Assembly (NCBI GenBank): GCA_046484845.1
Contig: JAWOIB010000114.1
Span: forward strand, 1 to 43,575
Direction of reading: 5' to 3'
Origin: a bacterium
Lineage (GTDB): Bacteria; Hydrothermota; Tepidihabitantia; Tepidihabitantales; Tepidihabitantaceae
DNA: 43,575 nucleotides
Positions 15,603 to 23,632 of this stretch are shown piece by piece; within the stretch, counting starts at the first letter, position 1; each line of letters starts with the position of its first letter. A program made the translations under genes and the position numbers. The notes beneath the pieces were generated by a model. The model saw only the letters and a list, made by a program, of their open reading frames with translations, did not search any database and was not told where the DNA came from.

Positions 15603-16775
15603 TCAGGTCTTGCAGTCGGAGGGCGGGGCGGTAAGCGCGGCCGGGTCCGCGGCCCGGGCGACGAACCGGTCCACTTCTTCCTCGGTGTTGTAGTAGTGCG
15701 GGGCAACTCGGAGCAGGTTCTCGCGCAGGGCGCAAACGAAACCGCCCGCCCGGAGCCAGGCGTGGATTGAGGCGTTGCAGGCGCCGGGTTTGCGGCAGGT
15801 GGTGAAGCAGCCGGAGCGTTCCGGCTCGGCCGGGGTGACGATTTCGAACCCGGCCGCGGCCAGCCCGGCGTGGAGCCGACGGTTGAGCGCGCGCAGGCGG
15901 GCCTCGATGGCGGCGATGCCGTCCTGTTCCCAGAGGTCGAGGCTGGCGTTGAGCCCGGCGATGCCGAGGTAGTTCTTGGTGCCGGCCTCGAACCGGGCGG
16001 CACCGGGTTTGAGGGGCTTGGCCGAGAAGATTTCGTTGAATTCGCGCCAGTCGGCCGAGAGCCAGCCGAGGTGCGCCGGGCGCAGGCCGGGCAGGGTGTC
16101 CGGCCGGACGTGGAGCATGCCCGAGCCCTGCGGGGAGAGCAGCCACTTGGCGCCGTGGCCGATGACGAAGTCGGCATCCACCGCGCGCCAGTCGCAGTCC
16201 ACCGCGCCGATGCCCTGGATGGCGTCGATGACCGAGACGACCCCGCGCTCGCGGCAGTGGCGGGCGATCGCCGTGACGTCGAACCGGCGGGCGGTGAGAA
16301 AATGGACCCAGGAGACCGCGACCAGCCGGGTGCGCTCGTCGACCAGCGAGCAGGCCGCGTCCGGGCCCTCGACCAGCGCCGCGGAGGTGACGAATCGTTG
16401 CTCTACCTGCGGCAGCAGGAACCGGAACGGGGCGGTGACGGTCGGGAAGTCGTCCGCCATCAGCACGACGTTGTCCCCGGGATGCCATTCTATCGAGCCG
16501 ATGGCGATGAGCAGGCCGGCGGTGGTGGAGCCGGTAAACGCGACCGAGTCGGGCGGAGCGTGGAGCAGGCGGGCGAGCTTCTGCCGGCAGGTCTCCGCAA
16601 CCGCCTCGGCTTCGGGGTAGGGGTACTCGCCGTCGCGGGCGGCGCGGTCCGCGAAATCCGCGACCGCCTGTACCGTGGGCGCGGGCAGCGGGCCGGTGCC
16701 GGCGTGGTTGAACCAGGTCCAGCGCTCGGTGACCGGGAACAGCCGGCGGAGGGCGGCGAGGCGATTGGAGTCCAT
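15603..16775 (-). CDS. class V aminotransferase (cysteine desulfurase / SufS-CsdA-like fold), PLP-dependent
   Basis: Class V motifs are present: FNHAGTGPLP, VSVIDAIQGIG, and the PLP-Lys context GHGAKWLLSPQGSG. I prefer the start at ATG 16775 (MDSNRL), which lies 7 nt after a GATAAT -10 box. The ORF-track start is 16793. Confidence 0.8.
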   Translation of the reverse strand: MDSNRLAALRRLFPVTERWTWFNHAGTGPLPAPTVQAVADFADRAARDGEYPYPEAEAVAETCRQKLARLLHAPPDSVAFTGSTTAGLLIAIGSIEWHPGDNVVLMADDFPTVTAPFRFLLPQVEQRFVTSAALVEGPDAACSLVDERTRLVAVSWVHFLTARRFDVTAIARHCRERGVVSVIDAIQGIGAVDCDWRAVDADFVIGHGAKWLLSPQGSGMLHVRPDTLPGLRPAHLGWLSADWREFNEIFSAKPLKPGAARFEAGTKNYLGIAGLNASLDLWEQDGIAAIEARLRALNRRLHAGLAAAGFEIVTPAEPERSGCFTTCRKPGACNASIHAWLRAGGFVCALRENLLRVAPHYYNTEEEVDRFVARAADPAALTAPPSDCKT

Positions 16776-16782
16776 CGGGCTG

Positions 16783-16810
16783 ATTATCCGCACCGGCCGG
16801 GAGGATGCAA
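16783..16810 (-). promoter_or_regulatory. promoter TTGCAT-N16-GATAAT; ATG 16775 lies 7 nt after the -10 box (leaderless geometry)
   Basis: The hexamers are the reverse complements of 16805..16810 and 16783..16788. Confidence 0.5.
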
Positions 16811-16815
16811 GCGGT

Positions 16816-16843
16816 TTGAATCCGCGGCCGGCGCTGGTAGTAT
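16816..16843 (+). promoter_or_regulatory. promoter TTGAAT-N16-TAGTAT; ATG 16850 lies 6 nt after the -10 box (leaderless geometry)
   Basis: Read directly from the sequence. It is divergent from the promoter at 16783..16810. Confidence 0.5.
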
Positions 16844-16849
16844 CTACTC

Positions 16850-18325
16850 ATGCATAGGACGATAGCAGTATTCTTCTTCGCGCTGGCGGTGGCGACCGGG
16901 ACCGGGCACCGGCTCGGGCTGGTTCCCGAAGACCTGGATACGATTCCCTGGGTGCGCAGGGTGGAACAGGTGCCGGTCGCGGACGGGAAGCTCCCGGCCG
17001 GGGACCTGGTCCGGGTGGACCATTCCCCGGACATGCCGCCGATCGGCAACCAGGGCGCGCAGGGTTCCTGCGTGGCCTGGGCGCACGGGTATAATCACAT
17101 GACCCACAACGAGTTCGTGGAGCGGGGCTGGAACGTCCGGGACCCGCACCACCAGTTCAGCCCGGCGTTCCTCTACAACCAGGTGAACGGCGGCCGGGAC
17201 TGGGGCACGAGCGGCAGCGTGGTGATGCGGCTGGCGATCGAGCAGGGCTGCGCGAGCATCGTGGACCATCCCTACAACCAGTATGACTATACGACCTGGC
17301 CGAGCGAGTCGGCGTACTTCAACGCGCTCTGGTTCCGGGGGGAGGAGGCCTGCTTCATCCACGCCCGCGATACCGCGGGCATCAACCTGGTGCGCCAGCA
17401 CCTCGCCAACGGCTACACCTGCGTGATCGGCATCGCGGTCTGGTCGAACTTCGACAACATCCGCAACTTCCGCAATATCTATTCTTCGAGCGAGCGCTAC
17501 GGCACGATGCGCGGCTGGCACGCGGTGACGATCGTCGGTTACGACGATACGCTGACGACCGCGGACGGGCCGGGCGCGTTCCGGGTCGCCAATTCCTGGG
17601 GCACCGGCTGGGGCGACGCGGGCTGGTTCTGGATGACCTACGCGGCGGTGATGGACCAGGAGATGAGCGGCCGACAGGTTGAGTTCATCCGAGACTTGGT
17701 CGGTTACGAGCCGAGGATGGTGGGCCGGGTGACCATCTCCCACCCGACCCGGGACCGGGTCGGCATCGAACTGGGCGTGGCGCCGATACCGATGCCGCCC
17801 TGGTTCTTTGAGTACCGGGCCTGGCGACCGACCGGCATCGACCGCCCGTTCCCGGACCACCCGATCGTGTTCGATATGACCGGGGGCGCGGATTTCCTCA
17901 CCGGCGGGGGCGATGATTGGCTGTACCTGGGGGCGTGGGACGATATCAACGACGGCGCGACCGGGTCAATCACCGGTTTCGCAGTCGACCACCTGGAATG
18001 GGGCACGCGGGCGGTGTCCTTCGAAACCCCGGTGCCGATACCGGACGGAGCCGGGCCGGTGTTCGTGACCGCGCAGTTGCCGGCGAGCGGCGCGGCAGAG
18101 GATCCCGGGGCGGGAATTCCGGGGCGCGTCTTGCGTCTGCCGTCGGTCAGCCGCGGCACGCTGCTGCTGCCCGCCGACCAGCGTGCCGGGGCCACCCTGC
18201 GCGACGCCTCCGGCCGGAAGGTGATGGAGCTTCAGCCGGGCGAGAACGACGTCACCCGGCTCGCGCCGGGCGTGTATTTCGTGCGCACTGCGCCGGGCGT
18301 CCACCGGGTCGTGGTCCTGCGGTAG
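16850..18325 (+). CDS. secreted papain-family (C1) cysteine peptidase with a P-domain-like module and a T9SS-type C-terminal sorting domain
   Basis: A signal peptide is present. The catalytic triad contexts are Cys in NQGAQGSCVAWA, His in GWHAVTIVGYDD, and Asn in NSWGTGWGDAGW. The C-terminus (GVYFVRTAPGVHRVVVLR) is typical of T9SS/FlgD-Ig tails. Confidence 0.9.
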   Translation: MHRTIAVFFFALAVATGTGHRLGLVPEDLDTIPWVRRVEQVPVADGKLPAGDLVRVDHSPDMPPIGNQGAQGSCVAWAHGYNHMTHNEFVERGWNVRDPHHQFSPAFLYNQVNGGRDWGTSGSVVMRLAIEQGCASIVDHPYNQYDYTTWPSESAYFNALWFRGEEACFIHARDTAGINLVRQHLANGYTCVIGIAVWSNFDNIRNFRNIYSSSERYGTMRGWHAVTIVGYDDTLTTADGPGAFRVANSWGTGWGDAGWFWMTYAAVMDQEMSGRQVEFIRDLVGYEPRMVGRVTISHPTRDRVGIELGVAPIPMPPWFFEYRAWRPTGIDRPFPDHPIVFDMTGGADFLTGGGDDWLYLGAWDDINDGATGSITGFAVDHLEWGTRAVSFETPVPIPDGAGPVFVTAQLPASGAAEDPGAGIPGRVLRLPSVSRGTLLLPADQRAGATLRDASGRKVMELQPGENDVTRLAPGVYFVRTAPGVHRVVVLR

Positions 18326-18341
18326 CCGGCCGCCCGTTTGC

Positions 18342-18369
18342 TTGACCGGGACAAGCGCCGGACTATAAT
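18342..18369 (+). promoter_or_regulatory. promoter TTGACC-N16-TATAAT upstream of the lipoprotein gene (about 75-nt leader)
   Basis: Read directly from the sequence. Confidence 0.55.
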
Positions 18370-18450
18370 CCCGAAGCCTGACCAAGGCCGCCGCTGGCCG
18401 GGTCGGTCCAGCTTCAGCGGCATGGCCGGGCTGTCAGTAAAGGAGGCATA

Positions 18451-19161
18451 GTGGTGAAGAAGATGCTCGTCTCGGTGGTTCTGTCGGTGATGGTGTTCAG
18501 CCTCGTCGGCTGTGACAAGCCCACCAAACTCATCGGCACGCTGATCCTGCAGACCGGGCAGACCGGCGATGTCCAGAACGCGAAGGTCCAGCTGTTCTTG
18601 TCGTCCGACCTGACCGGCAACCCGGTGAAGGAAGTGGCCTCGATGTCCGCAGGCAACGCGTCCCGGTCCCAGTTCGAGTTCGTTGACGTGCTGCCGGGCT
18701 ACTACTACCTGTTGGCCTGGAAGGACCTTAACGGCGACGGCCAGCTGAGCGATCGTGATATCGTCGGTATTCACGGCGGCACTTATCTTCCCGGGCACGG
18801 CGGTACCCAGGTGACGGTGTCGGAGGGCAAGACCTCCGATGTCGGCGATGTCGTGATGATGATCTACAAGGAGCTGAAGACGACCGCCGGCGGCACCCGG
18901 GCGCAAGGTGGGGTTGTCACCAACTTCAGCTATTCGTTCAACTACGACCTGACCCTGAGTTCGCTGACCATCACGTTCCCGGGTTTCGACCCGATCACCG
19001 ACCCGGACGCGCCGGGCGCCAAGACCGCGGGAGTGACTTACACTTCCGAGGGCTGGAACACCGGCGGCGGGCAGATGCCGACCGGCGACCATCTCCTGCG
19101 GTTCCAGGGAACCTGGGAAGGCGCCGCTTTCGATATCACGGTTACGGTCAGCGTCAACTGA
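18451..19161 (+). CDS. hypothetical lipoprotein
   Basis: An AGGAGG Shine-Dalgarno sequence lies at 18441..18446, followed by GTG GTG. The signal and lipobox read VKKMLVSVVLSVMVFSLVGC. I recognise no protein family. Confidence 0.65.
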   Translation: MVKKMLVSVVLSVMVFSLVGCDKPTKLIGTLILQTGQTGDVQNAKVQLFLSSDLTGNPVKEVASMSAGNASRSQFEFVDVLPGYYYLLAWKDLNGDGQLSDRDIVGIHGGTYLPGHGGTQVTVSEGKTSDVGDVVMMIYKELKTTAGGTRAQGGVVTNFSYSFNYDLTLSSLTITFPGFDPITDPDAPGAKTAGVTYTSEGWNTGGGQMPTGDHLLRFQGTWEGAAFDITVTVSVN

Positions 19162-19183
19162 CAGGCCGGACGTTGGCAATGTG

Positions 19184-19213
19184 CTGCGGGAGGAGCGCAG
19201 GCTCCTCCCGCAG
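19184..19213 (+). terminator. perfect 13-bp stem / 4-nt loop hairpin after the lipoprotein gene
   Basis: The sequence is ctgcgggaggagc-gcag-gctcctcccgcag. No U-tract follows, so it may act as an attenuator or RNA-stability element rather than a full terminator. Confidence 0.4.
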
Positions 19214-19289
19214 CCGAATCCGCCCGCGGCGGATCCGGGAGGTTGCAGGCCGAGCCGGCGGGATGCCGCCGGCGGAAAGAAGAGATGAA

Positions 19290-21464
19290 ATGAATCGTAC
19301 AGTGATGACGGTTGCTTTGGTCGCGGTGCTGGCCGGGGTCGGGTTTGCCGGCGAGGGATCGGTCCGGGCTGAGGCGCAACCCGGTCGGGAACTGAAGCTC
19401 GTCCCGGAGCTCCTCGAGATACTGGCCGGGGCCGGGCCGGAGGAGGAACTCAACGTTATCGTCCGCACCCGCGTCCAGGCAGACTTGGCCGCACTGCCGC
19501 CCAGCACGGGATACGATGAGAAGATTTCTCACCTGCAGGCGACGGCCGAGGCGGCCCAGCGGGATATCTTGAGCTGGTTGGCAACGACCGGCGCACGTGA
19601 CGTCCGCAGCTTCTGGCTGGTGAGCGGGATTGCGCTCACCGCCACGCCGGAGGTTATCCGGAGCATGGCCGCCCGCGATGATGTCCAGTTCGTGACCGAC
19701 GACTTCATCATCACCGTCGGCGCGGGGCCGGTTCCGCCGCTGACCGCGGCCGCGACCGCGGGCACCGACCTGCAGGAGTGGAACATCAACAAGGTCCGCG
19801 CGCCGGAATGCTGGGCGGCCGGGTTCAATGGCGCGGGCATCGTGGTCGGCAACATCGATACCGGCGTGTACACTTCGCACCCCGCGTTCGGCGGTCGGTG
19901 GCGGTCGAGCAACGGTTGGTTCGACGGGGTCAGCGGGCAGTCCAGCCCGTACGACGACAACGGCCACGGCACCCACTGCATGGGCTCGGCGGTCGGCGGC
20001 AGCGGTATCGGGGTCGCGCCGGGCGCGACCTTCATCGCGGCCAAGGCGCTGAACGCGCAGGGCTCGGGTCAGGGTTCCTGGTTCGATGCCTGCCTGGAAT
20101 GGATGGCGGGCACCGGCCGGCCGGACGTGCTGTCCAATTCTTGGGGCACCAGCGAGCGGACCTCGACCTACTTCTTCAATCATTTCGTGAACCTGCGCAG
20201 CCTCGGCGTGGTGGTGGTCGGGGCGGTGGGCAACGAGGGTCCGGGTACCGAGACCTCGCTGCCGCCCGGCAGTTACCCGAACGTCATCGGGGTCGGCGCG
20301 ACCAACAGCGGCGACGGCATCGCCTACTTCTCATCGCGCGGGCCTGCGCCCAACCGCTACCCGTGGTGGGACAACGGGTTCTGGCCGCGGCCGGACTGGA
20401 ACCTGGTCAACCCGGGCATCTCCGCCCCGGGCGAGAACATCCGCTCGGCAATCCCGGGCGGAGGCTACTACAGCCTCGACGGCACCTCGATGGCCGCCCC
20501 CCACGTGGCCGGCGCGGCCGCGCTCCTGCTGCAGAAGAAGTCGGACCTGACCCACGACGAGATTTTCAACCTGTTCGCGAACCACGCGGTCCGGCCGTCC
20601 GGCGGCTCGCCCTACCCGAACAACAACTACGGCTGGGGCCGGCTGGACTGCAAGGCCGCGCTGGATAACGCCGGGGGCGGCGGGGGCGATGAAGAGACGC
20701 TCAAGGTCCATTACGTCTACAACGACAACGCGGTTGGGTTGACCAACGGCGGGGTCTTCTACACCGCGGCACGGCTTACCCCGACCCGCGGCAACTGCAA
20801 CGTGGTCGCCGGCATCTTCCTGCACCACGAGGCTTCGCAGAACCAGCGGTTCTTCGTCTGGCGGGGCAGCACCGCCACCAACCCGGGCGCGGTGGTCGAG
20901 TCCATCCCGTACACCGGGTCGGGCACCGGCTGGAAGCGGGTCGAGTTGACCCAGCCGTTCCGGGTCAACGCCGGCGAGGATGTCTGGCTCGGTCCCCGGT
21001 ACCAGCACGCGGCGGGCCAGTTCCCGGGCGGGGTGGACGGCGGACCGCCGGTGTCGCAGCGCGGCGGCTGGCTGAACTACGACGGGAGCTGGATCGAGCT
21101 GAGCTCCGCCGGGCTGGACTTCAACTGGATGGTTGCCGCGATCGTGCGCTACGACGGGGCGGTCGAGGAGGACCTGCTCGAACCGCTGCCGGCCGGGCCG
21201 GCGGTCAGCGCGCCGAGTTTCCTTGTCAATCCCGGCCGGGTGGAGTACTCCCTGCCCGGGGCGGGCCGGGCGGAGCTGGTGGTGTGCGATGTCAGCGGCA
21301 AGCTGGTGCGGATGCTGGCCAGCGGGGTCTTCCCGGCGGGTCGGCACAGCGCGGGCTGGGACCTGACCGACAGCCGCGGCCGCCGCGTGGCGAGCGGTAC
21401 ATACCTGTTCCGGCTGACGGTCGGCGGCCGGACGCAGACTTCCCGGTCGGTGGTGCTGGACTAG
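19290..21464 (+). CDS. secreted subtilisin-family (S8) serine peptidase with an I9-like propeptide, a beta-sandwich module and a T9SS-type C-terminal domain
   Basis: The catalytic triad contexts are Asp in VGNIDTGV, His in DDNGHGTHC, and Ser in GTSMAAPHVAGAAALL. A signal peptide follows ATG 19290 (MNRTVMTVALVAVLAGVGFA). The C-terminus reads GTYLFRLTVGGRTQTSRSVVLD. Confidence 0.9.
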   Translation: MNRTVMTVALVAVLAGVGFAGEGSVRAEAQPGRELKLVPELLEILAGAGPEEELNVIVRTRVQADLAALPPSTGYDEKISHLQATAEAAQRDILSWLATTGARDVRSFWLVSGIALTATPEVIRSMAARDDVQFVTDDFIITVGAGPVPPLTAAATAGTDLQEWNINKVRAPECWAAGFNGAGIVVGNIDTGVYTSHPAFGGRWRSSNGWFDGVSGQSSPYDDNGHGTHCMGSAVGGSGIGVAPGATFIAAKALNAQGSGQGSWFDACLEWMAGTGRPDVLSNSWGTSERTSTYFFNHFVNLRSLGVVVVGAVGNEGPGTETSLPPGSYPNVIGVGATNSGDGIAYFSSRGPAPNRYPWWDNGFWPRPDWNLVNPGISAPGENIRSAIPGGGYYSLDGTSMAAPHVAGAAALLLQKKSDLTHDEIFNLFANHAVRPSGGSPYPNNNYGWGRLDCKAALDNAGGGGGDEETLKVHYVYNDNAVGLTNGGVFYTAARLTPTRGNCNVVAGIFLHHEASQNQRFFVWRGSTATNPGAVVESIPYTGSGTGWKRVELTQPFRVNAGEDVWLGPRYQHAAGQFPGGVDGGPPVSQRGGWLNYDGSWIELSSAGLDFNWMVAAIVRYDGAVEEDLLEPLPAGPAVSAPSFLVNPGRVEYSLPGAGRAELVVCDVSGKLVRMLASGVFPAGRHSAGWDLTDSRGRRVASGTYLFRLTVGGRTQTSRSVVLD

Positions 21465-21480
21465 CGGCACCGGTAATCGT

Positions 21481-21509
21481 TGCGGCCCCGCACCGGGTGC
21501 GGGGCCGCA
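21481..21509. terminator. 13-bp stem / 3-nt loop hairpin between convergent S8 and M1 peptidase genes (bidirectional terminator candidate)
   Basis: The sequence is tgcggccccgcac-cgg-gtgcggggccgca, followed by GTTCTTCC on the plus strand. Confidence 0.55.
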
Positions 21510-21527
21510 GTTCTTCCAGGCCGGCGG

Positions 21528-23525
21528 CTACTCGAAGATGAGCTTACGGGTCTCGGTTACGCCGCCGGCGGTGAGCCGGACCAGGTAGGCTCCGGCGGCC
21601 AGCCCGCGGACCTCGGCCGAGTAATGACCGGCCGTCCGTCGGCCGGAGGCGAGGGTGCGGACGAGCCGGCCGGTGACGTCGTGGACCGCGAGCGTGACGT
21701 CCCGGGCTTGGGGCAGGCTGTAGCGCACCACGGACCGGCCCCGGGCCGGGTTGGGCGCGGGCGCGTGCAGGACCGGCCGCGTCACGCCGACCTCGGGCGA
21801 GAGCTGCTGTTCGATGCCGCTGGTGATGCTGACCTTGTGGAGGAGCCACTTGCCCGGGTCGAAGACGATGCCGACCGGCCGGGCCCGGAGCGGGAAGGCG
21901 TCGCGCTGGGGATTGGCCTCGATGCCCCAGTGCAGGAGCGTATCGCCGCCGCCTTCGAGGTTGACCAGCACCTCGACCGGGGTGCGGAAGAAGTCCGGGG
22001 CCTGCGGGCCGTTGTCCTGGCCGACGTCTATGACCACCTCCCAGCCGTCCGCGGTTTCGCGCGGAAACCAGTTGACGGTGTAGTTGGGGAAGCCGGCCTG
22101 GAACACCCACTCGTCGTAGAACCAGCCGATGTCCCCGAGCCAGCGTTCCTGGATGGCCTGGCGCTCATAGGTAGTGCCGGTGCCGTAGGCGAAGCTGTCG
22201 GCCCAGGCGCGCTCGGATTCAAACCAGGTGCCCGGGCTGTCGAAGATGGTGTCGCCGTGCAGGTACCGGGTCATGTGGTTGACCCAGGCCGCCTTGCAGT
22301 AGGTATGCCCCCAGTCGAACATCCGGGACAGGCCCGGGTCGTAGAGCGGACGGCGGAAGCTGGCGTCGGACTGGAAGTAGGCGGTGGCGTAGTCCGCCAT
22401 CCGGGTCTCGAAGGCCGCAGCGCCGTAGTAGTGGTGGAACCAGAGCGGGTCGAGGTAGGTGGCCGAGCCTTCGTTGAGCCAGATTTCCCGCCAGTCCTGG
22501 CAGGTGATGTAGTCGCCGAACCACATATGGGCGAGCTCGTGAGCGATGCCCCATTCCGATGCGTTGAGCACCCACGCGCGGTGCACCGTCGTCATAGTCT
22601 GGTGCTCCATCCCGCCGAAGCTGAACGGGAAGACCGCGACGTGGCCGTATTTCTCTTCCGGGAACGGGTAGGGACCGAACCGGTCCGGCCGCGAAAAGAA
22701 CTCAATCATGTCCGGCACATTCCGGTAGGCCTGGTTTCGGGCGGCCGTGTCCTCAGGCCAGACGTAATTGTAAACCGGTATCGAGTCACCGCCGCCGATA
22801 TGCGCATGCTGAACTTGGGCGACATAGCTGCTCGCCGCGAAGTTGATGAGGTAGGTCGAGACCGGGTAACGGTGGGTCCACCAGAAGGTCCTCTTTCCGC
22901 CCCGGGTCGTGACGCTGTCGAGCAGGCCGGGCGCGCAGGCGACGAAGCTGTCGGGTACGGTGACGCTGACCATGCAGCCGGCCTCGGCCTTGTCCCAGGG
23001 ATGGTCCCAGCCGGGGAACCAGTAGCGCGAGTCGTTGGGCTGGGTAATCGAGTAGGCCACGGAATGGAGCCGCTGCTGGCCCGGGTCCTTTGCGTACCAG
23101 TAGAAGCCGCGGTTGCTCGTGCCCGCGTTGCGGCGGTAGAAGACGTCGATTGTGACCGAGTCGCCTTCGGGCACCGGCGGGTCGGGGAAGACATTGAGGA
23201 ACTGGTAGGACTCGACGAAACGCAGGTGGTCGTTGCCGAGCTTGACCGAGTCGCAGGTCAGGTTGGCGAAATCCAGGAAAATGCTGTCGAGCGCGGGCCG
23301 GTTGCTCCGGAGCCGGATTGCGCAGCGGGCGGTCATCGAGCCATCGGTCATCGGCAGGTCCATGTCTATCCGGTAGTGGCGGACATCGTAACTGTGGGAG
23401 GATTCCGCCGCGATGGCGGGAGGGGTGAGGCCGGGCAGGTGCCACTTGGCCTCGTAGGTCTCCGGCCCGGGTATGTGGCCCGGGGCCGCGGCCGCGAGCA
23501 GGGCCAGGATGACGAGCGTTTTCAT
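21528..23525 (-). CDS. secreted M1-family zinc metallopeptidase (aminopeptidase N-like) with a T9SS-type C-terminal domain
   Basis: The motifs are GGMEHQ (a GxMEN variant), HELAHMWFG, and WLNEG for the zinc site. The start is ATG 23525 (MKTLVILALLAAAAPG), preceded by a GGAGG Shine-Dalgarno sequence. The C-terminus reads GAYLVRLTAGGVTETRKLIFE. Confidence 0.9.
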   Translation of the reverse strand: MKTLVILALLAAAAPGHIPGPETYEAKWHLPGLTPPAIAAESSHSYDVRHYRIDMDLPMTDGSMTARCAIRLRSNRPALDSIFLDFANLTCDSVKLGNDHLRFVESYQFLNVFPDPPVPEGDSVTIDVFYRRNAGTSNRGFYWYAKDPGQQRLHSVAYSITQPNDSRYWFPGWDHPWDKAEAGCMVSVTVPDSFVACAPGLLDSVTTRGGKRTFWWTHRYPVSTYLINFAASSYVAQVQHAHIGGGDSIPVYNYVWPEDTAARNQAYRNVPDMIEFFSRPDRFGPYPFPEEKYGHVAVFPFSFGGMEHQTMTTVHRAWVLNASEWGIAHELAHMWFGDYITCQDWREIWLNEGSATYLDPLWFHHYYGAAAFETRMADYATAYFQSDASFRRPLYDPGLSRMFDWGHTYCKAAWVNHMTRYLHGDTIFDSPGTWFESERAWADSFAYGTGTTYERQAIQERWLGDIGWFYDEWVFQAGFPNYTVNWFPRETADGWEVVIDVGQDNGPQAPDFFRTPVEVLVNLEGGGDTLLHWGIEANPQRDAFPLRARPVGIVFDPGKWLLHKVSITSGIEQQLSPEVGVTRPVLHAPAPNPARGRSVVRYSLPQARDVTLAVHDVTGRLVRTLASGRRTAGHYSAEVRGLAAGAYLVRLTAGGVTETRKLIFE

Positions 23526-23584
23526 CAGGTAACCTCCGTGGTGTTCGTCCGGACAGCGGGCGCGAGACATGAGACATTATAGCC

Positions 23585-23613
23585 CGGCCGGACGGGCATG
23601 CCAGAGGCGGCGT
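23585..23613 (-). promoter_or_regulatory. promoter CTGGCA-N17-TATAAT upstream of the M1 peptidase gene (about 50-nt leader with GGAGG SD)
   Basis: The reverse complement of 23585..23590 is TATAAT. The -35 hexamer matches the consensus at only 4 of 6 positions. Confidence 0.4.
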
Positions 23614-23632
23614 GTCGTTCCGGGCCCGCCGG

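Noticed and set aside
16812-16836. A tRNA-like T-arm sequence (GCGG-TTTGAAT-CCGC). A similar GGGTTCGATTCC lies at about 7996..8010.
   Set aside because: No matching acceptor, D or anticodon arms occur at tRNA distances. The first lies in a promoter region, where TTGAAT is the -35 box. The second lies inside a well-supported CDS.
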